This document shows positions 13,695 to 25,706 of a stretch of 64,000 bases of DNA, piece after piece. The stretch comes from Camelus ferus. Taxonomy: Eukaryota. Location of the stretch: positions 25,484,001 through 25,548,000 of the forward strand of contig NC_045697.1 of NCBI RefSeq assembly GCF_009834535.1, written 5' to 3'. Every line of letters begins with the position of its first letter. Positions within the stretch are counted from its first letter, which is position 1. Position numbers and translations under genes: made by a program. The notes beneath the pieces were generated by a model. It was given only the letters and a program-made list of their open reading frames with translations. It had not been told where the DNA came from and did no database searches.

Positions 13695-13939
13695 CTCGGG
13701 ACTAGGGCTGAATGAATCCAAAACGCAGGGCTGGGGTCAAGGCAACCACCTGTGGGCTAGCCAAAGACCTACGAAGTGACTGAGAGAAGAGCCCTGTTCA
13801 ACTGTGGTCGCATTGAATAACAGATAGCAACTTTAAACTGATATTTTCATTTTGGGAAGATTGAAAGTGAACAAAGCAATTTTTTTTCCCCAAAGAGGGA
13901 TGATACAGAAATAACATGTGATATTTTTTTCACTTGCAT

Positions 13940-14542
13940 TGTTACCGGGAGGAGAGAAATAAGAATTACCTCGGTTCTTAGTCACCCGATAAAAAAAAGG
14001 ATTTTTAACGAGAGACAGAAAGTGTGATATCAACAAGATTTTATTAGTAAAGTAAAAAGGTAGTAAAATACAGTACACCCCCAAGAACTGGGAGCAGGCC
14101 AATCCGAGAGAGGAAAAATGGTGCCACTGCTGTTTTTCCCGTATTTATATCCTGGCTTAGAGGCGTTTTTCCTGATCGATTGATTTGCGGCTCAGGTTCT
14201 TTGAGTGCTCAGGCTGACTGACAGCTCACGTTCCTTGTGCTCAGGCATGCCCATCCCTTTCTGGGCAAGTTCTTACCCATGAAGCACAGAGAAACCAATA
14301 GGAGGGGCTCAAACTGCAATGTTAATTACATTAAAGTGGCCATTGGGTCAGGTTAAGCCGGGTCCTTCTCTCTATTGCGCGGCTGCAGCGTTGGATCCCA
14401 GCTGGCGTCTTCGCTGTCCCTCATTGAGAGAAAGTTTTTGGAGCCACTCATCCTGAGTGCAGGCGTACTGTTATTTTATGGGTTGCTCCTTTACACTTCC
14501 TCTCCCCCTGCCCGGTGATCATTTCTATCTAACTACCTAACA
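13940..14542 (-). mobile_element. ERV1-class solo LTR (603 bp, relatively young)
   Basis: TG...CA termini, perfect 4-bp TSD gcat, minus-strand TATAAA (14144-14149) and AATAAA (14040-14045), many retained CpGs. Confidence 0.92.
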
Positions 14543-14609
14543 GCATGAATAAAATATTCTGCATTTTTTATCTTTATAAAAGTCTTATTAAACTTTTAAA
14601 TGCTAGATT

Positions 14610-14718
14610 CAACTATAAGTGATCCTGATTCAACTGGTCTTGGGTTCTAGGAACCTGCATATTTAGGAAGCAGCTCTAAAGATAAAGAAATTTGAGTGGA
14701 ATGTTTGAAAAACACTGC
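14610..14718. mobile_element. MER5-like hAT-Charlie remnant
   Basis: gatcctgattcaactggtct...ctgcatattt...tttgaaaaacactg terminal motif. Confidence 0.5.
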
Positions 14719-14749
14719 TGTGGCATAAACAATAGGTTTCCAATAAGGC

Positions 14750-17700
14750 TCTGCTGTGACCGTTAGAAACAGGGACGTTGGAGATGGCACCAGCAGTGGC
14801 AGCACAGCTGGAGCTACAGCCTGTGGGGCTGACACACTGGGAGCAGCAGCAGCGATCAGGGTTGTGTTAGCAGCAGCAGCAGCAGAGAGAGAGATAAGGG
14901 TGTGGAGGAAAGGGAGGGTGCCATGGTGGGGAAGCAGTTCCAACAGTGTCAGCAGGTATGACTTCTCTGCCTCCTTCACGAGGCTCCCTGTGAAGTGAGA
15001 CAAGCCACTATCAGGGTCCCTGCCCAGAATGATGAGAAAATCCTGCGAAAGGATATAAGAAAAGTATATGTGAGGTCTCTGTGGTATCACCAGCCAAATA
15101 TTTCTACAGTTAAAAAAAATTAGTCCTGCTTTCAGACAGTTATTGACTTCATTTTTTGCGTAAGGAGATTGCAAACAAACCATGTGAAGCTGGTTGGCAC
15201 TCTCTGGGGTCATAAAACCCCCACTCCTGGGCCCTCTGTGTGCCTGAAGCCATTGACAACTTAACCCCCACTCCTTGCTGCAGGACCCTAGGCATATCTG
15301 CATTTCTGCAGGGAAAAGAAAGGAAACAAAACCCTCTTGATGGTGCATTTACCCTAACAAAACTCATCGCCCCAGGAGGTAGCCTCTTTCACAATACCCT
15401 AGGTGGACAGGTCTCACATCCTGCCCTTATCAAAGGTGTAAATCCTCTTGTTTAGAGAAGTCCCTGACAGCCAATCAGGAATTGGTCATGCAGCTGCTAC
15501 TCCTTGTGTGCACAGCCCCCTCCCCCTAATAAAAGACCCTGCACTTTGGCCCCAGCACTCACACACCTCTTGACTGAGTGGCTTGCTGTTGCCAATAGCA
15601 GCCTATCTATTAAACTTTCCTAAACTGTTCTGTCTCTGGTAATTCTTTGCCAACCCACGTCACCAGCCCGCCACATCATGCCCACAACAGACCACAATAT
15701 GAAGGACACAATCTTATGAAACAGCAAATTTGAGCCAAAAACAATTGTAGCAGAAAATTTTAAACATTATTATTTGTTGTTACTTGTATACAATCAAAGA
15801 AAAGGATGAGAAAAAGTGGTATTCATGAGGGCAGCAGAAGCTTGCACTATGTAACTGATGAAGAGTCCTGGAAAACATAGTAAGAATTTGACAGTATAGA
15901 AGAACTTCAGGCCAATAGCTTTGGAAGTGTTTGGACAGTTTGGATAGTCAATCAGAAAAACTCAGTTTTGGTTTTCCTCAACGTGGGTTGAAATTTATGG
16001 TTACCCTTCCAGGTTTTCTGCATGCTTGGCTGTATCAATACATTAAAGAGGAGACTGGATCCTAATATACCACATACAGATTTATACATGATTTATGAAA
16101 ATCAAAATATAGAAAATTAATGTCGTTATAATTTTAGCTGAATTTGAACTTCAATATAACGAGGTTCTGAATTTGAGCCTAAGTATAGTAAAAATTCACA
16201 AGCAGGCAAATTGATAATATCATAATACCATAGCTAATAAATGATTAATTACCATAATGACGCTCCACTCAACTACACGCACAGCTTCAAGTACAGAATT
16301 CTACTCCTGTCTCATATGGCTATGATGAAATAGCCTTAGATTCTTGAAAAATATCAACAATCTATGCTTAAAAAAAACCTCATACTATTTTAGGAAAGTA
16401 AATAATCTGTCGAAAAATAAAAATGGCCTAGATTTGAGAAGAAAGGGAGTCTTTTGTTCCAAACTTGGTGTCCCCAGAGACTTTATACATCTTTCTTGGG
16501 AGGCCAGTCATGGGTTTTAGCAATTTGAATCTCCATTTTTCAGCTCCCACTTGTTGAAGAGGATGGTTTACATGTATTCCATTAATAAACTACAACATTA
16601 CAACTATCCAGGATTAACTGTGTTTTAAGGAATCAGATCATCACAATCTACTGGCTTTCCTTGAAGATGAAAAATACAAATAATTATGACTATACTTGAG
16701 AAACTTTCTTTTGTGACTATCGACAGATGCTAGTAAAGAAGAAAATACCACAGTAGATTCCTAGACGCAGGATTGGTTAAAGCTCTTAAGGCAGGCAATG
16801 ATAGACATTTAAGGTGGATCAACCTGTGTGCAATATAGAGAAGTAGCCAGGACAAACTGGGGAAGTCAATACCAAGAACAGGACAAACATGAGGTTGGCA
16901 ACAGAATCCTAAGAATACAAGCAAACTACTAAATCAAAAAGGAAAATTTAGAATAGTACCCATGCCATGGTTCCAATAAAACAGGAGCTGCAGAATGAAG
17001 CCAGTGGGGCTACTGAGAGTGAAACTGCAGAAAACAAAGATGAATAAGTGTCAGGCAAAGACAGTGATTTTGCAAAAGAAAAGGAGAAGGAGCCCCAATA
17101 AGAAAATGAAGATGGTGGTAGCAGATGATGTAGAGCAAGATGAAAACGAATCAAAGACCATGCAACAGAGTGACAAGAAGGGCAGGAAAATGGACAAGGG
17201 AAGAAGAGAGCTTTACTTGCTAAAAGTCAAATCAAAGCTAACTCACCCTGGCTGTAGTCTGCACTTCCCTAAGAAACATGAGAATGGAGGTAGCTATACA
17301 TCAGTTCGGAGGGAGCAGATTAGTACCTGGGCTGTGTCAGTGCACAAAGTAAAGAAGAGGTAGAGCAAGAGCTTCCAGGAAAACCTGGAAGTTGTCAATG
17401 TAGAGAATCACACAGTGGGATACAGGGGTGTGGACACCTGGGCAAGAATGAGCCCTTTGAAAATAGCTCTCAGAAAGAAAAATGACAGTTACATGCATTT
17501 AAAGTTTTTGCTATTTGCAAAGTGTATAATAATCTAGAGACAGCGCAGAATTGATGATGATGAAGTCTTTTGTTTCTTCAGTAAAAATGTTTACACCAAG
17601 TAGATTAGGCAGTGGACGTGTCCTTGTGAAATCTGAAAAATACTTAAGCTTGAAAAAGCTTTTCAAGTGAGGTATGGTGTTCTTATTTGATCTTCAAATG

Positions 17701-18150
17701 ATGAAAAAAGTATTTTAGAAATATCCAGAAATGTGGCCTATTGTCTGAATAACTTACGGTCCCCATAAAGTGAGAATAATAAAAGCAATCTACAAATATA
17801 AAAAGTAATTTAAAAATCTACAAAAAATAAAAAGCAATCTACAAATGAGCAACTATTTGCATTCTGCTTTGTTTTAGCAAAGTTTAAGATACATAACTCG
17901 ACCATCTTTTCTCTAACATCTGCTCTACTTTTAATTTCTTCATAAGCTTTGTTATTTTTTATTTGGCAGAATCTTCATAACAAGAATTTGTATGGCAGGT
18001 CCATTCATAGTTTTACATTGTTTAAACCTATCATGGTCATAAACTAGCCTTCCCTCATATTTTACATAGTACTGCATTTTGGAATTTTCCTTTTTTTAAT
18101 TGCCTACAGTTGCATAAAAAAATCATGAGAAGAATTCTTAATAAAGTCAA
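14750..18150 (+). pseudogene. Probable old processed pseudogene (parent unidentified), interrupted by a solo LTR
   Basis: GCA-rich 5' segment consistent with a deaminated GCG-rich CpG-island exon; about 2.5 kb of purine-rich coding-like sequence with many stops/frameshifts and no obvious introns; acidic/charged block at 16950-17200; putative C-terminus ...RNVAYCLNNLRSP* near 17768; UTR-like tail with aataaa near 17779 and 18140. Confidence 0.55.
15183..15689 (+). mobile_element. ERV solo LTR (507 bp)
   Basis: TG...CA termini, near TSD aacca/gacca, CCAAT 15471 and ATTGG 15481, TATA-like taataaaa 15527, polyA signal attaaa 15609. Confidence 0.8.
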
Positions 18151-18248
18151 AAAGCTTCTTTTTCTGCAGATCGATGCAAGCTCTACTTCTTTTTATAAGC
18201 TAAATCTATAAATGATTATGGGACAATATGTTATTACACCTTTAAAAA

Positions 18249-20491
18249 TTTTTATATGATTTTATTTTTTATTGAAGTATAGTTGATTTAAAATATATTA
18301 GCTTCAGCTGCACAGCATAGACATTCTGTGTTTTAAAGATTATACTCAACTTTAAAGTTACTATAAGATATTGGCTATAGTCCCTGTGCTCTACAATGCA
18401 TCTTTGTAGCTTATTTATTTTGTACATAGTACCTTGTACCTCTTAATCCCCTAACCCTGTCTTGCCTCTCCCCTCTGTCTCTCTACTGCTAACCACTAGT
18501 TTGTTCTCCTGATCTGTAAGTCTGTTTCTTTTTTGTTATATCCATTCCTTTGTTTTATTTTTTAGATTCTACGTATAAAGTGTTAACATCAGAGTTTGTC
18601 TTTCTCTGTCTTAGCTCACTAAGAATAATCTCCAGGTCCATCCATGTTGTTTCAAATAGGAAAATTTCTTGCTGCCTTGAGAACTCTCTATCTTTAAATT
18701 TTGCCATTTTAATTATGATATTTCCTGATGTGGCTCTCTTTAGATTTATCTTGTTTGATCTGTGCTCCTATACTTGGATGTCGGTTTCCTTCTTCAGATT
18801 CGGGAAGTTTTCAGCCATAATTTCATCAAATATATTTTTGACCCCTATCTCTCTGTCCTCTTCTGGGACCCCTATAATGTGAGTGTCAGTACGCTGATAT
18901 TGTCTAAAAGTCCCTTAAACTGTCCTCATTTTTTCATTTGCTTTTCTTTTTGCTGTTCTGATTGGGTGATTATTATTCCATCTTTCAGATCAGTTCTGTG
19001 TTCTTTCTTATCACCTAGTCTGCTGCTAATTCCTTCTGATGTGCATTTCATTTCAGTTATTGTATTCTTCATCTCTGACTGTCTGGCTGGTTCTTTGCAG
19101 ATTTTCTAGATCTTTGCTAAAATTCTCATTGTGTTCATCTATTCTTTTCCAAAGTTCAAATGGCATTCTTATTACCAATACTTGGATCTGGTAAATTATT
19201 TTTGTTTCATTAGTTGTTTTTTCAGGGTTTTTTTTCTTCTTCCCCTTCCCCTCCGCTTCCCCTTCCCCTTTCCCTTCTGCTTCCCCTTCCCCTTCCGCTT
19301 CCCCTTCTCCTTCTTCTTCTTCTTCTTCTTCCTTTTAAAACGAATTCCTCTGTCTTCTCATTTTGTTTAACTTTCTCTGTCTCTGTGAAATAAGATGATA
19401 CAGTTACTGATCCTGGTCTTGAAGGAGTATCCTTGGGTGGGAGCCTCCCTGTGCAGTCTGTGTGTGTCCGGTGTGTGTGTTGGGGGAGCTGGATCTGAAG
19501 TGAGCACAGGTCACACCTTCCCCCAGGGTGAGCTGGCAGCCTCATTTTGGTGGGAGGTGGGGCTGGAGATGGAAGGGCTAGAGGCACAACCAGGTGTGAG
19601 TGAGGACTTCTATGTTCAGTGGTTGTCACCAAGGTGCTGAAGCAGATGCCCTGATGGTCAGATCCCAACTGGTTCTGTTCCCTTTAAGTGTGCACTCTCC
19701 CCCAACAATAAGGGCGTCTTCACCTTAGAGGAGAGCAGTGCTGGAGCAAGAGGGGCTGGAGTGGGTGCCCACTGCAGGCTGGGGTGTGCCCTGGGACAGT
19801 CCATGCCAGGCAGAGATTGAGAGCTCCTGACCTATGGCCTCCCGAGCTCCAACAATGGCTGCCCTCATCCCATTCCGCTGCAGTGCTGGTCCTTCTCCCC
19901 CACATGCACACTCTCCTTGGTAATAGCAACCTTTGCCCTAGGGGGGAGCTGTTCTGGAGCTAGAGGGGCCAGAGCAGGTACTCAAGATGAGTCTGGGCAT
20001 GCACTGTGTCAGCTGTGGGAAACCAGCCAGAGACCCTGGCAGTTTCAGTCTGTTTCCTCTGTCTTGTTCCTAAGAGTAAGTAAGCATACATGACTCTTTA
20101 TGAGCAGCGTCTTGGTTTCTTCTAGCCCTCCTGTAAGTCTCGCTGGTTTTCAAGCCAGCTGAGGGGACTTGTTTTCCCGGTGGAGAACCCTAGGGTTGGG
20201 GTGCCCAGTATGTGGTTTGAACTGATCACTTCCCAGGGAGAATTTCCAAAACCATGATATCCCCTCCTCTTCTGTGTCCCCTCTTAGGGGAATTGGTCCT
20301 GACCTGATTGCTTCTCTTCCCTTCCTACTGAACTCCATGGGGATCTTTCCTTACAGCCTTGGTTGTCAAAGAGTATTTCTGCCAGCCTCCAGTTTGTTTT
20401 CAGTGAAAATTGCTCCACATGCAGATGTATTTTTCATGTGTTCCTGGGGGAACATGAGCCCTCCTACTCAGCTATCTTCATCTCCTCTCCC
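18249..20491 (-). mobile_element. Internally deleted L1 (5' UTR + partial ORF1 joined to ORF2 end + 3' UTR)
   Basis: Minus strand begins gggagaggagatgaagatagctgagtaggag (L1 5' start); ORF1-like sequence runs to about 18670 and joins ...acaacatggatggacctggag (ORF2 end) and the 3' UTR ending tatacttcaataaaa; candidate TSD attacaccttt/attatacttt. Confidence 0.82.
19236..19334. repeat. (CTTCCC)n/(TTC)n polypyrimidine microsatellite inside L1
   Basis: Directly visible. Confidence 0.9.
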
Positions 20492-20753
20492 ATTATACTT
20501 TAAAAAAAAATGTACATTATAAAAGCTGAAAAATACTATTAGCTTATAATGTATGTCATTTTCAGAAACCCTTTCAAAGAAAACTACAACATACAAAAGA
20601 AACTTTTTTAAGTTTGGCATTCATTTTGAATGCCTCTCCAAAAATAGAAATTTGCCTTAAATTGTATTTATAATGGCATCTTGTGCTCCCAAAGAAATAA
20701 TGTAAATAGGAAAATCAATTATACTGTTTTTCCAATTGAAAGATTTATAACAT

Positions 20754-21321
20754 TGTATTAGTAAGGGTTCTCCAGAGAAGCAGAACCATGGAAGTGTGTG
20801 TGTGTATGTGTGTATAAATATAAGAAGAGATTTATTATAAGGATTTAAAAACCATGACTATGGAAGCTGGCAAATGTCAAGGTCTGCAGGGTGAATTGGC
20901 AAGCTGGAGATCCAGGACGGTCACTGGTTTGATTCCAGATCAAGTTCAAATGCTGGAGACCAGGAGAGATAATATTGCTGTTTCAGTCTAAAGACTAGAA
21001 ATCATGAGACTTGGAAAGAGCTAATGTTCATGTTTGGTCCAGAGGCAAGGAAAAAAGCCAGTGTCCCAGTTCAAAGGCCATAGAGAAAGAAGAATTCTCT
21101 CTTACTTGGGGGGACAGGCAGTCTTTTTGCTTTATTTAGGCTTTGAACTGACTGGATGAGGCCCACCCAGCATTAAGGAGGGCAATTTGCTTTAGTCAGT
21201 CGACAGACTGAAATGTTAATTTCATCTAAAAACACCCTCACAAAGAATCTGGAATTATGTTTGACCAAATATCTGAAACCCCATGGTCCAGTCAAGTTGA
21301 TATATAAAATTAACCATCACA
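20754..21321. mobile_element. MLT2 (ERVL) solo LTR
   Basis: tgtattagtaagggttctccagagaagcagaacc...gagatttattataagga...ggatgaggcccaccc...aaaattaaccatcaca. Confidence 0.88.
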
Positions 21322-22023
21322 GACTGTAACATAACTACACTAGTGTTTCTATGTGCAATAGAAAACACTTGAGCAGGAGAGGTTGTCACAATGCAGTCTT
21401 TAAAGATGATGGTTGAAGAAAGTACTCATGCAAATGAGTCACTGACGTAAGATTAATTATTTATGAGTTAATCTTGAGAAACCATAGATCTACAATATTT
21501 TGGAATTGACTGTGATACACTGATTCATAGGAACCTTATTATTTTGTCTTATCAAAACCGCATAGGTGAAAGCACTGTACTAGAGTACAAATCTGTGACC
21601 TTGTTTACCTAAAATTTGGACATTTTACATTCAAATTTGCCATTAAATTTTTTTACTGAAGTAGCTAAAAATACAATTCAAATAGGAAAAAAAGTTGTGT
21701 GAAAATGATTTCAAATAAAAAAAAAAGATAATAAATTGCAACTTTTTAAAAAAACTGAAAAATACCTCCAAATCATATGATCCAGATAATAGTATGACAT
21801 TTTTCTTAATTCACTTTTCAGCACACTTATATAATAAATTTTTCTTATATTTTAATGGTATTTCTGATTGCCTAAACTAAAATTAGTACTATTTTGTATA
21901 ATATTTCCCCACGTTTGAGAAACTTATAGTCATTATTTATGCAGATATTCTCATAAATCTTTATGCTTTCTGTTCTCATCTTGATACATTTAACATTCCT
22001 TCCAATCTTTACAGTCTAGTCAA

Positions 22024-22084
22024 ATAGATTATTTCTACTGAAATAGATGAAGTTTCTATTGAATAGATGAAATTTCTATTGAAA
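22024..22084. repeat. Short tandem repeat, about 20-bp unit x about 3
   Basis: atagatgaa(g/a)tttctattga repeated. Confidence 0.7.
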
Positions 22085-22869
22085 TTGGCTACATTTCTCT
22101 TTTAAAATAAACTTTTTAAACTATAAAAAAAAATGATTTTCCTTAAGTGAACAAACAATTTCAATCACACTTCCACTATTATGATAGACTTTTTTCTTTG
22201 CTTTAAAAGGAAAATGAAATTTAGGGTAAAACTTACATTTAAAAAAGGAGACATTGGATTCCTAGACATAGTTCATAATATTTACCCCCGGATTCAAATG
22301 ATTAGGCTTACAGTCTCTTTCCATTCTGTCTAATCTAAACATAAAAGACGTATTTTGCCTTGAGTAAAAATGAAAGTGAGACTTTTGCTATAGAATGACA
22401 ATTATTTTCTATTGTGTGTCATGTACTTTAAACAGCAAATTCATCCTTCTGTCTCTGGGCATAAATAAACAAGATAATCACACACTATTAAAGAGCAATA
22501 AATTCTTCCTGTGTTCAAGTTGAAGGGAAGTTTATTGTTAAATAGATGACAAGGGAGTTAGAATTAGAATTACATCGTGGAAAAAGTCCATGATTTACAA
22601 ACAAAAAACATCAATGTAATTGTAATGATTGATTTAAGTTAATAAGTGAGGCTCACATTTAAATACAAACACTGTGTTTATATTTGCCATGGGACTTGAT
22701 ATTATGAAGATATAATAAATTCTGTCATTGGATCAGAAGTTTTCTGAGCAATTTACTAAGAAGTCAGTTAGGTCTCTTTGCAGTTCATTTTTAGATATGT
22801 AAACAAATGGTAAGGGAAGATTCCAGTCTTAAAAAGAGAACATAATTACCGACAACACCTTTTGATGTA

Positions 22870-23060
22870 AACATTTTATATATTTATTTACTTAATGTTC
22901 ATAAAAATCTAATTTATAGGCATAATTATTATCTCTTCATGATACAAATACTGAGTCACAGAGAAGTTAAGTGACATAAACAGAAGGTGTCAAGCTAGGA
23001 TTTAAACTTTGTTTCCAGACCCCACACCCTCAGAATTCTCACCACACTCCTTCAGTGTAT
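22870..23060 (-). mobile_element. MIR SINE
   Basis: actgagtcacagagaagttaagtgac...gctaggatttaaac. Confidence 0.65.
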
Positions 23061-23294
23061 AATAATTTTGAAAATTAATAGTAGTATGAGCACGAAGATG
23101 TCTTCACAGCAACATTAACTCATGATAAGGCTACTAATATGTGATTTTTCATTTTTAGCATTCATAACTTGGATGTATTCACCAATTATATTTAATTGCT
23201 TAACATGGTTGATAATTCTCTGTTTTAAAATTGTGAAATGGAAGGGGGACATTCAAGGATCATAAATTCAGTCTCACTTTTCACTGTTAGGTTA

Positions 23295-23760
23295 TTTAAA
23301 TTTATTCATTTTCAAATGCATTGATTGTGCTAGTCACTGGATATATACCAGTGATGAGGAGAAAAAATTGTTGTCTTTATGGATCTTAAATTATGATGGC
23401 AAAGTCAGAAAAAAAAAATGTAAACCTACAGTGATTCTTCTACGAAGAAGAAAATTACAGGTTTTAATAGATTCCTTTGCAGATTGGTTAAAGGGTGATG
23501 TGATAGAATACACAAGGGGAGGATGCTAATTTCAACAGAGTAATTTACCTGTGAAAGTTCAGCATGCAAGCTGAGACCCACCCTGTTCCCCTAGGTTAAA
23601 TGTGGCAGGAAATATAGAGACATACTCTAGTTAGAAGAAACAAGTGAAAGGCCCACAGCTGAGAAATAGTTGGATATGGTCAAAAAACAGAGACCGGAAA
23701 ATATGCAAGATGATGGGATATGGAAACAATGCTATCAAATGTGATTATAGAAGTAATTGG
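23295..23760 (-). mobile_element. L2 fragment
   Basis: Antisense L2 3' end (ttattcatt...tgtgctagtcactggatata) followed by a purine-rich body. Confidence 0.55.
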
Positions 23761-25654
23761 AATAGGAGTATGAATATGCATTAGAAGAGTTTAGCATGTA
23801 TTTGCTGGAAAAGTCTGCGCTATTTACAATAAAGATTTCCTCTCAATTCTTTGATTTTGGATCTGGTCTCCCAGGACCAACTGATTGATTCACTGTGAAC
23901 TTTTCATATTTACAAATTATATTTATCACCATATTTCATCTATTGTTACTTTATTATGCATATAATTTCTTTTACATCACTGTTGTATCATATCACATTT
24001 AAAAAAACTACTTGCTACGTCTATTAAACTGATTTCATAGAGTAGGAAGAAACTTATTTTCTACCTCAAACTGACAACTTTTGTAGAGCACATTTTGTTT
24101 CTAAATATCTAGAGGCAGAGCAGTTAGTTTGGAGTTAGAATAGTTGGCCAACAGGCAAATTCCCAGGGTTTTTGCAATGTTTTGTACAAGAAAACTTCAA
24201 TATGAGGAGGTAAGGCCACTTGACTTGGGATAACTCCACTGCCTTTAGGTCTTCATGCCCAGGATGTATCTTATATTTGTTAATGACTCCAATCTTAAAG
24301 ATCTGCATAAGTGAACAATCCTGGGCAAGGATGATTGATTTTATGTTTCGTATCCTAATAATTATCTCCTTGCCGAGGCATTCAAACTCAATTAAAGTAT
24401 GCTCTTACAAAAATATAACCAGAACCCTGTACATGCAGTTACTTATATTAATCTTAAAATAAGCGTTTCCAGTACATCAAATGGGCAGTGACTTTATATG
24501 TGTAGAAAAACCACCATAAAAGTTAATGATGCCTCATGAAATAATAATTGTACTTATTAAACTATAAGCAGAAAATTACATGCATATATATAATCATTTA
24601 AAGCTCTGCTTATATCAGCATTTTATTATGACTTAAAAGAAAATTAAATATTTTTTAAAAATTCTTAAACAAAGGTGAGTTTTACAGCCTTTCATATTTT
24701 AAGTACACAAATTATTTAACCATATCTAAAGTTGCAGAAGCTGTAAGATATATAGCAGCATTTACAGTTAGAACTTCAGTCAAGAAATATTTATTAAACT
24801 AGAAATTGTACTAGGCATGTGATATATAAATTTAAAAAATTTAAATAAGCAATTATTCTCTCCTTTCAAGGAGTTAGTTATACAATAGAAAGTGAGTGTG
24901 TGTATGTATATTATACATAAAACATACCTATATGATGATATACTTTGATTCAACTCTGCCTAATTTTAAACACTATTGTTTTCTTAAATTGAAATATATA
25001 TGTATGTAACAATGTATTTATATATGCAAACATTAGCATCATCACCTTTTATTTTCTAATAGAATAATGTAAATAAATTTCTTCATAGAAAAATTATGAA
25101 AAGGGAAAAGGATAATTCCCTTTGAGCTGAAAGAGGGGATTGGTACTCTTTGATAACAGGCATATTTTATAGAATTTTGTCTGGACATAACGCATATTGC
25201 ATACGTGCCGGATGCAGGATTATGTAAGGTTCTTTAGGTGGGGCACGATGAAATATTTTTAACCATTCTGGAGTCCACGTCAATGTTAATAGATAAGATG
25301 AGAAAATAAAGGGTGAATAATTTGCAAATCTCAATGCTTTAATAAAACAAAAATGAATGTCCTTTAAAAATATCAATATCTTATGCTACAGGCCCAGCTA
25401 TGTTTTTGAACATATGACTTAGTCACCCAAGGTGCCAGGCTGATGTAACATTCCTTTGTACATGTTATTTTTTGATTACTGGTCAGAGAGTGGGAAACAT
25501 AGCCAATTATTACCTGGCTACTAAAGATTTCACCTGGAAATGACATGTATAAATATTGTTCAAAGCAAATCTCATAGTCATATGCTGTTTGAAGGGAGTA
25601 AGGAAGTGTAATTCTACATTTGCACACAAGGAAACCATAAATATTTAATTGAAA

Positions 25655-25657
<3 letters not shown>

Positions 25658-25704
<47 letters not shown>
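25658..25704. repeat. (AT)n microsatellite
   Basis: Directly visible. Confidence 0.95.

Positions 25705-25706
<2 letters not shown>

Noticed and set aside
14647..15348. Longest ORF (233 aa, minus strand)
   Set aside because: It starts inside an LTR, crosses the LTR boundary into the antisense of the GCA-rich pseudogene head and ends in a MER5-like remnant; it is a chance composite.
16995..17363. 122-aa Lys-rich ORF as a functional CDS
   Set aside because: It lies within the decayed segment and appears to straddle a frameshift; flanking frames contain many stops.
14750..17770. Short resemblances of pseudogene translations to TASOR, SUZ12, MORC and FAM111 proteins
   Set aside because: Matches were only a few residues, not colinear and mutually inconsistent, so no gene symbol is assigned.
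19131..20522. Several ORFs in GC-richer DNA suggesting a gene or CpG island
   Set aside because: Explained by the L1 5' UTR and an embedded microsatellite.
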